A stretch of DNA of 64,000 nt from Amoebidium appalachense (Eukaryota; Protista; Ichthyosporea), in the NCBI GenBank assembly GCA_963693365.1, contig CAVNZM010000007.1, positions 11,095,962-11,159,961 on the forward strand, given 5' to 3'. The notes under the pieces are model-generated. The model did not search any database. It worked only from the letters and a program-made list of their open reading frames with translations, and was not told where the DNA came from. This document shows, in pieces, positions 41,545-53,794 of the stretch (position 1 is the first letter of the stretch; every line of letters starts with the position of its first letter). A program made the translations under genes and the position numbers.

Positions 41545-42736
41545 CACATGTGCACGGTGTGTAGATTTTTTCGGTGTAGGCGCCGGCAACAGCGTGGCCT
41601 CAGGTGATCCCCGATTCGCTGGATCTAGATCAAGGCCGGATAAACCGAATAAAGCCCATAAATGGTTATTATTACTCATGTCTGGTTCGCTATACTAAAT
41701 GCCTGATCAATAGTACATGCGTCCGGCGGACTTTCTGAAGCCTTGTGGATGTGCATATGAGTGATATCACGCAGCCCAACAGGAAGAAGTGTACTTGGGT
41801 TTTAGAAACATACATTTTATGTTTATATTGTGGCAACAAGCTATCGTTCATGCATAAGCCCTGCTAACAGTGTGGGCGTGTGCCTTGATCAACCAGCAGC
41901 TAGCCCGTGGCGGCAGCGGCTCCAGTACTACACTGCAGCTGGGAGTGAGCTGGTACCAGGCACGGTGTCGATCGTCGTGGGTTCCGTTTGTAGCCAATTA
42001 TTGCATATATGCGGTGATATAAAATAAGATGTTTTACTAAAGATTATTACACAGCTGCGGTGGTTTTTGGGGCTTGCTCATTGCAGCTACACGCATGCAG
42101 GCGTGGCGTCACACCGGTGCTACCGGTGCTGGCGTGCGGCACACGTGGAGGTTGTGGGCTAGCTCCGCCCTGGTGCACTCCTGACCAATAGTAACCAGTA
42201 AAACAAATCGGTGAAGATCACTACTGATGATAAGCCAATCAGACACCTACCATTGAGCTCTGAGCTTGGTCACCCCTCAGGTCACAGCGTACCAAAGACC
42301 GGCTATTAGAAAAAGCAGAAATAGTTGAGATGGCAATGAATAAAATAAAAACAGAAAAAGAAATATGAAAAAAAAAAAAAAAAAAAAAAAAAAAGCTTTG
42401 GCGTTGCGGATGTCCACGTCATATTCATTAAAATGTGCCCAGGACTTGTCACTGCAAGCACATAATTGGCTGCTCATGAGCACCCTTCGCGTATATAAAT
42501 ACCCACCTTGTTTAGATGAAACTGATCTACATAGAGCCACACACGTATCAAGTGGTCGCCCTGCACACCTGAACACTGCTAGTTGTTTAACACTGCACGT
42601 CAAGTAGGAAATCTACATTTGTACAACACCTGGCCAGCCGAAGAGCTCTCAACGTAGACAGTTCGAGTTTCGAATTCTGTTGTGTTGTCTCACTTTGTTT
42701 TTGGTTTTGGCCTAGCCACTGAGTGCACCCACCCAC

Positions 42737-43003
42737 ATGGACCCAATTGCGAGCATGCACCAGATGGCCACCCCCGGTCAGCGGCGGCGTGGTTGTGTTG
42801 GCCAGCAGGGGGAGCAGGCAGCGCAGGCCGTGCAGGCGCTGCACTATGCGCTGCACTACAGCATGGACGATGAGATGCTGGCCGGCATGCTGCAGCGCGT
42901 GACCGTAGGAAGTCATGACGATAGCCCAATCACCAGCCCGGTCAGCAGCCCATCGGCCCCCACAGCAATGCACACCTACAGCTGGGCCCTGCCACCAATG
43001 TAG
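42737..43003 (+). CDS. Small intronless hypothetical protein (88 aa)
   Basis: GC3-rich codons like the host genes (MDPIASMHQMATPG...ALHYALHYSMDDEMLAGMLQRVTVG...), cacATGG context, upstream TATATAAA at 42492 and AT-rich downstream sequence. Confidence 0.5.
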   Translation: MDPIASMHQMATPGQRRRGCVGQQGEQAAQAVQALHYALHYSMDDEMLAGMLQRVTVGSHDDSPITSPVSSPSAPTAMHTYSWALPPM

Positions 43004-44013
43004 GGGCACACAGCACAGAGCAACCGTGAGACTACATACAAACCCAGGACCGTTGATGCGCGAATATCGAATGAACCCCAAGTTAGTGCCTGCGGGAAAC
43101 AATACTTCCTCCGCGGCTGGCAGCAATTCCTTCAGGCCCACATGTAATCAGCCTTAGACTTGTACAGTGGCCCGTGTAGTTGTCTTTTCGCACTCTTTGT
43201 TTACATATTGAAGATGTATACATACGACGGTACTTCATTCTTTACATATTGAAGATGTATTCAATTTACATACTATGGTACTTCTTTCTTTAGTTCCGGG
43301 AACCACCCTCCATACCATTGTGGTGGACTTTGCACAATATGATATTTGGGAAGCCATTTATAGTAATATCTGTGCATAATAGGCCGTGTACAGCCACATG
43401 TGCGTTGAGTTTCAGTGATTGTAAGCCCCACCCTGCTTGAGCTAATAATAACGCAGATTAAAGATTGTGGGATACAGCACCACCGTGTTTTCCATTGTCA
43501 TCATAGCAGTATTACACCCCGTGTGCATTTTCAATATTGTATTGTTGCAAATGTCAAAGCAACCCCGTGCAAAACGTAAGAGCTCTGTGCGCACGAGGGT
43601 CAAATAGACTGAGGCAAGCACACAAGCACCCCCACACACAAATCCGCATGCACACAACCATAAGGCACTGCACCGGTGTACATACAAGCCCAAACATGCA
43701 CACAGATCACTCGGAGCACACATTCACACATCATTCTTCGCATTCTTGCTTTCTCTTTCCATGCCCATACCCTTAAGGGGCATGCCGTGATGCACACACA
43801 ACATCTGGGCCCCAAATGCATGCACCCGACTGTGCATTCACAGGCATGCACAAGGCGGTGCTCACTGTGGTGTGAAAACCTTATTATGAGGCGGTACGAA
43901 AGTTAAGTTGCCCGGGTCTGACTCAGCCAATCATATCGGATATCTGGGGTGACCACCCATTTCCATTGGTTCGGTGCACTTGGCGTGCGGCTTCCATACC
44001 CATCCAAGACTTG

Positions 44014-44225
44014 TCACGCGTGGGGCGGGGAGGGGGAATATTTTTTGCGCTTTTTATTGTTCAGCACTCACGCGTGGGGCGGGGAGGGGGAATATTTTTG
44101 CGCTTTTTATTGTTCAGCACTCACGCGTGGGGCGGGGGGAGGAAGATTTTTGCGCTTTTTATTGTTCAGCACTCACGCGTGGGGCGGGGAGGGGGAATAT
44201 TTTTGCGCTTTTTATTGGTTAGCAA
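44014..44225. repeat. ~53-bp tandem repeat, 4 copies
   Basis: Unit tcacgcgtggggcggggagggggaatatttttgcgctttttattgttcagcac. Confidence 0.9.
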
Positions 44226-44543
44226 GTATTCACACTTAAGGTACCGTAGTCTCGTTTGTGTTTGGTGGAATGCACGAGGTGTTGCCACAAAGAGGCCAGC
44301 CGGAGCAAGTTGCCGGGACTAGTTGGGCCAATATAGGTTAAGAAATTCTTGATGAAACGGGGAGGGGGATAGTAGTAACATTTATCATTATTATTATTTT
44401 TTCCGCGGGGGGGGGGGGGGGGGGGGGGGGGGAAGGAGAGAGGGAGGGGAATCCACCTGGGGGGGGGGGGGGGGGGGTCTGGGGAACAGGTGGATCCCCC
44501 CCCCCCTCCCTCCTTGGCCCCGGTAGCAAGGGGAGGGGGGAGA

Positions 44544-44574
<31 letters not shown>

Positions 44575-45198
44575 ACCACCACCTACCTGGGTAGCTACCC
44601 CCCCCCCCCCCTCCAGAAGAGGGGGGATTACTCACCCCAATAGTCGGCTGGCATGCCTATGTCAGGTAGTAGTGAGATGGTATGACTTAGCAGCGGTTGA
44701 CATAGTGTTCCCAAAACGAAATGTCTTATTACATAGGAGTCCTTGATCATAATCACCTGAACTCAGCAAACACCATACAATCATGCTCAAGCTCCCCCCC
44801 CCCTTCCCTCCCCCTCCCTCCCAACGCGTCCTTCCCTCAACTTGCGGGCCTGCCCCGGACTCGTCTCCCCACCGCATGCGCACACACACAAAGATTGCAC
44901 ACTTATATAGTTTACACGTGCCTGCATGCACCGTCACAAATATACCACGCAAGCGCGCGAGGTGCACAACCCAGCAATGCGCACAAGACATGACCATGCA
45001 GATACACTCACCCACGCCACACACGCATACATTTTCCCCGCCACACAGACACGAACACTGCACGGTGAGCACGATAATAACCCTGCCTCCAATAATTCAC
45101 AGTTAAGCCTAAGTGGACCATAACCTATACAGCCTAAATGATTGGTGGGTGGAAAAAGGTGTTTGGTCTGGAGTCACGCACACACGTGTGGGGCCCCC

Positions 45199-45244
<46 letters not shown>

Positions 45245-45420
45245 GGGGGGGGGGGGGGGAGGGGGGGGAACCCACCACCCCATCGGACCAGGTGGGTCCT
45301 TCCTCCTCCCCTCTCCCCCCTCCCCTCCCCCCTCGGAGTCCCCCCCCGAAAGAAACAATAACAAGAAGACGCACAGAGTCCTGCCAGGGAAGGGCGGATG
45401 GGGGCGGGGGGAGGGGGGGG

Positions 45421-45716
45421 GGGGGGGTTAAGAACGTGTTTAACTTATAGAGTGACGAGGTACTCATTTATAGCGGACAACATAATGCCGGAGGGGGGTG
45501 GGAAGGTCTCCTGCATGTGCGCATGGTATTTTCGTGCCGATATGTGCACGGCCACAGCACATTGCATCCAATGGGTGGAATGTGCAGGCATCCATGGTTG
45601 CCAATTGATGGGTGTGACGTGCCCGTGTATGTGTGTGCATGGGCCCCCGAGGAGGGGGAGAAGGAGGGGAGCCCCCCCCTCCCCCGCGATCGCCCACTGG
45701 GTAGCCGCCGGGCGGG

Positions 45717-45749
<33 letters not shown>

Positions 45750-46769
45750 CTCGCCCTCCGGAGGGGGGGGGGGAGAGGGGGTACCACCGGGGGGCACGTC
45801 GATATTTATTTCCACATATAATGTCTATTTGATGTAGCGGTATGATGTAAGTGAAGCAGCGATTTGTATATCTTGTTGCGTGGTAGTACTGTTGGCCTTG
45901 GTGCCGACAACTCAGCACAGCTCCGACCTACATGTCGTTAAAACAGAGCACATTCCCCCCCACATTTATTACTCCACCCCCCAACATTTCAAAACTTAAT
46001 TCAAAAATCCTAGAGTTAAGGGCTGACAATCATCACAAGAAATAGAAATACTATGAATAGTCACGCTAGCCCCCCCCACCCCCCCCACCCCCCTCTCCTC
46101 GAGGGCCCATGCACACACATACACGGGCACATCACACACATAAATTGACAACCATGGATGCCTGCACATGCCCACCCAGTGGATGCAATGTGCTGTGGCC
46201 GTGCACATGTCATAGTGGACAAGAATACCATGCGCACATGGACTCAAGAATACCATGCGCACATGGACTCAAGAATACCATGCGCACATGGACTCAAGAA
46301 TACCATGCGCACATGGACTCAAGAATACCATGCGCACATGGACTCAAGAATACCATGCGCACATGGACTCAAGAATACCATGCGCACATGGACTCAAGAA
46401 TACCATGCGCACATGGACTCAAGAATACCATGCGCACATGGACTCAAGAATACCATGCGCACATGGACTCAAGAATACCATGCGCACATGGACTCAAGAA
46501 TACCATGCGCACATGGACTCAAGAATACCATGCGCACATGGACTCAAGAATACCATGCGCACATGGACTCAAGAATACCATGCGCACATGGACTCAAGAA
46601 TACCATGCGCACATGGACTCAAGAATACCATGCGCACATGGACTCAAGAATACCATGCGCACATGGACTCAAGAATACACCCCCCCAACCCAACCCCCCC
46701 ACCCCCCGCCCTCCGGCATTATGTTGTCCGTTATCCATGTGCACCTCGTATTCTAACACGTTTAACCCC

Positions 46770-46770
<1 letters not shown>
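45421..46770. mobile_element. Fold-back-like structure: ~240-bp inverted arms, with a minisatellite in the right arm
   Basis: 45421-45660 matches the reverse complement of 46090-46770, e.g. cggacaacataatgccggagg, gtgcacggccacagcacattgcatcca and gtgcccgtgtatgtgtgtgcatgggccc. Spacer ~430 bp. Confidence 0.6.
46221..46678. repeat. Perfect 25-bp minisatellite, 18 copies
   Basis: Unit aagaataccatgcgcacatggactc; no visible variants. Confidence 0.95.
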
Positions 46771-46800
<30 letters not shown>

Positions 46801-47789
46801 AAAACTGCCCTTTCCGCGGGACTAAGTCTGTTTGTCTTTTTGTTTTCGACGTTGCAGTGCACACGTGCTGTGGTGGGAATGAGGACTGTGGTGCCACTGG
46901 GCCAATGCACCCACACGGTCTCGAACACCTCCCAGCCACACGTGCACCCCCGCCCGCACGTCATATGTGCTTGATCGCATGTACGCACACACAGCAAAAC
47001 TACACACAGTGCACAGTGTGTATCCGATGCACACACACACACACACACGAGTAAAGGAAAATCCAAAGCCCAGTATGGGGGGATACTGTGAAGCCAATCA
47101 TATTGGGGGAATGGCATGTATGATTAACGGTTTAGTGCATTCCTGCTGGCTGTTATTTGGCACGATGGAATATTTGCCGCACAGAGGTACACACGGCACA
47201 CCTTCATGTCCAAGTCCTACGGTCCCCAGCACCACGCAGTAGCTGCCAGGCCCAGGCATGTGCTTGCTGGATAATGATTGGGCATAGGCTCTGGCTGCAG
47301 CCATGTCGCAATAAGGTGCGGTTGTGGGAGAGGGTCGGCGGTGGGTGGGGTAGGGTGCACTGTGTGTGTGTGTGTGCGCGCGCACACGCGTGCGCGTGTG
47401 CATGTGTGTGCATGTGTGTGTATTTGTGTGTGTGCATGCGTGTGCGCACGCGCGCGCGTGTGTGTCTGTGTGCATGCCTGGCAGCCACTGTGTGTGTGCA
47501 TGCAGGGTATAGCCATGTGGCCCACGTGCAAGTGGTATTGGTGTATGCCATGTGTGTGTGTGCATGCAGGACGGACAGGTGAACCAAGGTGTGTCTGTTC
47601 GCGCACGCGCGCTTCATGTGTGTGTGTGTGCATGCATGCGGACTACTGAGACACGTGTGCTGTGCGCTCCATGCAACGTGCCGAAAGGCGTGTATTGAGG
47701 CCATTGCCCAACCACACAGTGGCTGGCCGAAGTATCTATTTTTAATCAGTGTTACTATTTATGGTCTGTGGGCCAGGCCTATGGCTGGG

Positions 47790-50535
47790 CTACGACCAGG
47801 CCGACTGCTGGGCCGGGGCAGTCTTGTGTGTGCGGGCATGGGCCTGGGCGTCGCTGTGTGGAATCATCTGGCGGCAGGTGGGGCACAGGAAGTGCGGTGT
47901 GCGGCGGGGGGGCAGGGCGCTAGCCGATGTGGCCCAGTTCTGCTTGGCCTTTGTCCTGATCACCAGCACCTTGCGCACCTCCTCCTCGTCCCTCTGCTGC
48001 TCCTGTAGCGCCTTGGCATCGCTGTGGGCCCCCAGCAGTGCCCGCTGCCTGTCCGTGTCGGGCAGCAGCGCCACCATCTCGTGGAACAGCCCAGCTGCAT
48101 GGGCCCCCAGCAGGCTGCAGTAGTGGCCGTAGTATGTGGCTGCATCTATGCGCCCACTGCGGTACTCCCCCGCCAGCCGCTTGAACTCTCCGTAGCGCTC
48201 AGCACTGCCCAGCGCGTCTCTGATGCGCTTGGCCAGGGCCGCACTGCGCTCCTCATAGTTGGCCGGCTTGACCCAGCCACTATCCTGCAGCGCCTTTCGG
48301 CCCCCTACACTACCAGTGCCTAGCACGGGGAAGTCGGCCGCACTGCTGCTGGCTGGCGGTGTGGCTGCTGCCGGGGCGGCCTTGGCTGCAGGTGGGGGAG
48401 CAGGTCGGCTGGGTGCCGACAGGGCCGGGAATGCATCTGCGGCCAGCGGCCGGGGGGATTGGGCTGGGCCCGGGGGCGGGCCTGCAGCCAGCCGGGCGGC
48501 ATTGGGGCCACTGGGCCGGCCAGGTGGGCGCACGGGCTGGGGCACAGGGGCCAGCGCAGGGAACATCTCCTCCTGGGTGGGCCGCCTGCTGGCTGCTGGG
48601 GCCGCCCCCCGGCCAGCTGGGGCGGGGCTCGGGCGGGGGGCTGTGGCCGACAGGGGAGGGAAGGCGGATGGGGCCACGGCACGGGTGGGTGCTGCTGGCT
48701 GAGGGACAGGGGCAGGTGCGGGTGCCGGGGGTGGGGGGGATGGGGCCGCGGGCTCTACGGGGCGCATGGTGGGGGTGACGCCAAAGCCGGCAGGGGGTGC
48801 CCGGGCACCACTGGCCGAGGTGCCGAAGCCGGCAGGGGGAGGGCGGACCCCTGCAGGTTGCTGCTGGGGTGGTGCTGCCTGGGGCTGCTTCTGCTTTTTC
48901 TTCTTGGCCACCAGGCCCCCCACGGGGCTGGGCGCTGCCCCACTAGAGGCCAGGGCAGGGAACTGAGCATCGGCCATGCTGCCGCCTGGGGCTGTGCGGC
49001 CGGGCACCCACAGGGGGGCCGGGCCCGAGCCCATGTCGCTGAGGTCTGGGGCCATGCTGTCCAGCGCCTGGCTGGATGCTGACCGGGATGGCCCCTGCGG
49101 GCTGCTGGCCGGGCTGGGCTCCCGCCTGCCCCGGCCCCTGGCCCTGCCGCGGCCCAGGGGCTGGTCGGAGTCCTGGGGTGGGTCGTACTGGAAGCCCAGC
49201 TCGATCTGCAGGGCCTGCTTCTTCTGCGCACGGCTGAGGCCCCGTGCATGCTCCTCGGCTATGTGGGCCCTGTAGTCGATGTCCGAGTCAAACACCACGA
49301 ACTTCTTGTCCAGGCACTCTGGCTCGGGGCACAGGATGTGGTCCCGCTCAAAGTGCCGCTGCAGCTCCGGGTAGTCCCCGTAGTAGGCGTTGGGCTGGCC
49401 GGCACGGTGGCACAGGTGGCAGCGGAAGTGGCGGTCTCTGAGGTGCTCGAGCAGCTCATCGTTGCCGTAGAAGTGTAGCTGGCAGAACTCACACAGCGGG
49501 TGGCCCTTGTGCGATGTGTCGTCTCGGTCCCCATGGCGCCGGTGGCGGGCAAGGTCCCTACGGGTGTACAGGCGCTGGTCTGCTATGAAGACCTTGAGGT
49601 GCGCCACACACAGGTCACAGAGAAAGAGCTCGTGCATGCGCTTGAGATGCTCCTTCAGGCCCTTGAGCGTCTTGCAGTCCTGCTTGCTGGTGTCAGTGCA
49701 TGCAGCCAGGCCTACATCCATAGTAGCCACCCAGCACGGCACATCACAAATATGCTCGGTAAATGCCCAACGGCAGAGATATAACCTCCGCCCAACCAGG
49801 TATATGGCCCTCACCAACGCACAACTTACCCCTTTGTATCCACTGCTATTTGATGAGCTAAGCCATTAACAGCAGCCCTCCCCCCCCTCCCCCCCCCCCC
49901 CCTACCCTTAAACACCACAGCTTTCCAAATGAAGCAATGACATGCCACCTTTTGCAGCAGCCCTGTTCCCGCCCACTGACCACCCACCAACCCACACCAC
50001 CACAATACCCACCCAAGGCATACACCCTCTACAAGCCACATGTGAACCACAGCATTTATACCCCCAAAGCTCTGTGTGCAATGCACCGTCAGTCCAGTAC
50101 ATGGCCATGCAGGGCCACAGACTGTGCAAGCAACACACACGTACCCACAAAGCGAGAGAGGATGCAGGAGAAGAGGAGTGGCACATATGCAGCAACAAAA
50201 CAGGCTTGCACTATGGAAAAGGAGGGACTAAGAATGCCACCGGCAGGGAGGTTCAGAGGTTACAAGAAGATACACGGTGCAGGTAACCCGGTCATGCATT
50301 CATAATATGCAAACTGGGCATGCGCATTATGCAGCACAGGAAGAGCCCAGAAAGGAGAGATGGCGCCAGGGGCCCGGGGGGGGGGGGGTTTGAATGCGTC
50401 AAAAAGTACGAAGTACACAAGAACAAACGGATAACACGATGCAAAATGCAAGCCATACATAAGGAGTATGCATAATAAGCAGAGCCCATCCTCAGCGGGG
50501 GCCCACGTCATCCACAGGGGGGGGGGGGGGGGGGG

Positions 50536-50570
<35 letters not shown>

Positions 50571-51215
50571 CACAGTACGCACATCTCAATACACTCAAAC
50601 AGGTGCAAAGTTGAACTCAGCAGCCCGAGAAAGGGGCCATGTGGGAATTTGCCATGATGGAGAAGGAGAAGTGGGCCAACAGAGGGGTTGGGAGTAGTTT
50701 AGCCCCTGACCAGTCATTGTGCACAGAGAGGATAAGGGCTGCAGGCACACAGAGACATGGGCCAGGCCGGGTGTGGGCACACAGCAAGCTAATACGGAAA
50801 GCCTCACACCACAAAAAAAAAAACTGTCTTCGATCTCAATGTCCACCCCTCCCCCCCTCCCCCTCCCCCCGCACGCCTCCCAACACTCACAAACACACAC
50901 ACGCAAAAAGCAAAAAACTACTTTCAATGCGAGTGTAGCTGTGTGGGCTGGCACAGTAGTCAGGTTGGGCCATTCGTATGGGGCCCCCCTGTGCAGGAGA
51001 AAACAAGTGCCGCAGTGTGCTTTTTGCCGTGCATGCATGACATCTGTGCGTGTCGTGTGTAAATGCTTTGCAAGTCTCGGTCTGAGAGGAAGAGCGTGCA
51101 TGAGTGGGCGTATGTGTTTACATGTGCACCTGTGTGCATGCGCTTGTGCTATGCATGCTGTGTTTGTGCGCGCATGCGTGCCTGTGTGTGTGCTGCAAGT
51201 GCCCACTTGTTTGTA

Positions 51216-51271
<56 letters not shown>

Positions 51272-52419
51272 CCTGTGTGTGTTTGCCTGCGTGACCTACC
51301 GTGCTGCAAACCCTGCAGTCGTAAGCAAACAGCTGCTGCACCTCGCTGTGCAGTTCGCTGCTTTCAAAGTAAACCCCCCAGCGCTTGTCGAACGGCTTGC
51401 CCGTCAGCTTCATATCCTGCACCAATAGTCAGCACACAGGGAGAGTGGGGGGGATGGGAGGGAGGGAGGGGGTGCTGCAACAGCCACACAAATAGGGGCT
51501 TTTGGTGGTGGTGGGGGGGCGGGGGAAGAGTTTTTTACGCAATTGGTGCCGTGGGAGGGGCGAGGGAGGAAGCAGGTGGGGGGGGGGGGGAGGGGGGGGG
51601 GGAGAGGAGGGAGGCAGCGAGTGGGGAGCAGTGAAAGAGTGTGTGTACACTCAAGACAACACACACAGCACGTATAAGGACAGATCACTACACCCCTGCG
51701 TGGCCATGCGCGCGCACACAAACACAGAAAGTGTGCACACAGCCTCAACTACGTGCATGCAAACACAGGCCAGTCGTTATTCATGCACAGACACAGCGAC
51801 CGAGCTTCATCACACACACATGCGCCTCCCCCCGCCTACCCCTGACCTACAGCCACGGCCCCACCGGACGCACCTGGAAGGGTGTGAGCAGGTCTTTGGT
51901 GAAGACCACCGCCTCCTGGTCACTGCGGCACAGCACACAGGCCGTGCTGCCGGACAGTGCGCGCAGTCGCAAGGCGCAGAGGTGACACACGGTGCGGTGG
52001 TTGCAGGCCCCCACCGAGAAGTAGCGCACGGGCTCCACGCACACGCTGCAGGTCGCGTCCAGCGCCCTGCCGCCCACAGCCAGGCTGGGCCGCCTGGGTG
52101 CGGCCCCCACCGCCCTGTTGTCGTCCTGCCCCTCGTCCTCCTCCTTGGGCCCGCGCCGCCCGCGCCCCCTGCCTGCCCCGGCGGTGGCGCCCGTGTCCAG
52201 CGGCTGTGCGTGGCGCTGGGCGTGCTGCGTGGCCGGCGAGCCGTGCACAAACACGGGCGCAGCCGTCAGCCGCGCCTGCAGCTCGGGCTGCCCGCGGCCG
52301 CGGCCCCGCCGTGGCCCTGCGGCAGCACCCTCGCTGTTGCCGGCCGGCTGCTCGTCGCTGTGGCCGGCCCGTGCTGACCCCTCGCCCTCGGCATGCCTCC
52401 TGCCTCGGCGCCCATACAT
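47790..52419 (-). CDS. ZNF598: E3 ubiquitin ligase ZNF598/Hel2 (ribosome quality control), 3 exons
   Basis: Exons 52419-51874, 51416-51300 and 49679-47790. RING CSVCVEPVRYFSVGACNHRTVCHLCALRLRAL...CVLC. C2H2 array (CDLC...KVF, HKGHPLCEFCQLHFYGNDELLEHLRDRHFRCHLC, HILCPEPECLDKKFVVF). Repeated FPAL motifs, C-terminal LLPD...R helical domain and a terminal CPTC zinc finger. Confidence 0.93.
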
Positions 52420-53268
52420 GGTGCTGGCTGCGACACAAAAACACAGTCACAGTCCGGCAAACAAACTATGAAGCTGAGCCGAGTGGCGAAAAGGGTGTTC
52501 ATGTGGCGGCCAAGGTGATCGCACAGGCCAGACCTTCGCGATGGCAATGCCGGGCCCATGTCGCACAGGCCCAGCCAACCCGCCTGACACACGGGGTTTC
52601 CCCACCGAGGCTGATGTCAGATAAACCTGCGGCAAAATAGGGTGTAGATAATAGCTCTACTATAATAGGTTCCCGCTGGGCCTGTGTTTGTAGAGCAAAC
52701 CTTTGCTGACCAGTCAGTGTATAGTTAAAAACTTAAAGGGAAAGACAGGGCGTGGGGGTGGGGGTGTTCGGTTTTGTTGGGCAGCACACGATCATTGATT
52801 GGTCGCAGGTTATTATGCAACCGCCGGTCATACGTGCATCGATATCCGCCGCAGCTACAAAAAAAATATATAGGCGCGCTACTGCTGCTACATAGCATGC
52901 AACACTGAGTAGTACCAGGCTCGTACATGGGCGTGCCACGGGCAACCCCGGTGCAGTTATCAATGCCCGGCCGACACCAGGCTGGATGCAAACCTACATC
53001 ATGCATTTTGCCCACGAAGGCCGGGGCCCAGCGGTGTAGCCACACGGGCTCTTGCAGGCCCTATGTAATATTTATCTGAGCTCATGCTTCGCTGGCTGCG
53101 TGCACCACCATCGGACGATGGTGGCCGGGGGAAGCTATGGCGGGCACCGAGTGAGGCAGTGTCAGTGTGCGGGCACAGGGACGGAGGCCGCTACCTAGGA
53201 TGGTGAGTTCAAGGGAGCGGAGGGTTCCGGCCGCGCCGGCGGGGGGGAGGGGGGGGAAGGGGAGAGAA

Positions 53269-53305
<37 letters not shown>

Positions 53306-53464
53306 CGCAGAAACAAGGAGACTGTGTGATTCTTCGTGCACCGCACGGCTGCAAGAGCACACCACTTTTCAGGTCGTGCCTCAAAGTTTAGGCTTCACTA
53401 TAATCGGCGACTTTGCTACGCACCCGTCGTGCCTGTCCATTCGCAATTGTTCGAGTGTACACGT

Positions 53465-53790
53465 GTGCTATTATTACTGCCATACGCGTGTGTGGTTTGT
53501 GCTATTAATAGTAATAGTGTCATTCACATGTGTGGTGTGTGCTATACTAACACGTACTGACGTGTTGCCGCACGTGCGACGTTATACATCTACTCAGGCG
53601 GCAAAAAAAGAAAGGAGACACCGCCTCAGTAGGTGGTAGGTGCTACTAATAGCGTCATTCACATGTGCGGTGTGTGCGATTAATAGCGTCATTCATGTGT
53701 GGTGTGTGCTATTGATAGTGTCATTCATACGTGTGGGATGTGTGCTATTATTAGCGCCATTCCATGTGCTATTATTAGTATCATTCGTGC
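53465..53790. repeat. Degenerate ~35-bp repeats in the PIP5K 3' flank
   Basis: Variants of gtgtgctattaatagcgtcattca recur about 8 times. Confidence 0.7.
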
Positions 53791-53794
53791 ATGT

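Noticed and set aside
46221-46678. 25-bp array as CRISPR or coding repeat
   Set aside because: No spacers; the ORFs cycle through frames as expected for a non-coding minisatellite.
49680-49817. N-terminal part of the 675-aa ORF as coding
   Set aside because: A ctgac-accagcaagcag acceptor places the exon start at 49679, joining CRVCST to DCKTLKG; the upstream part is intron.
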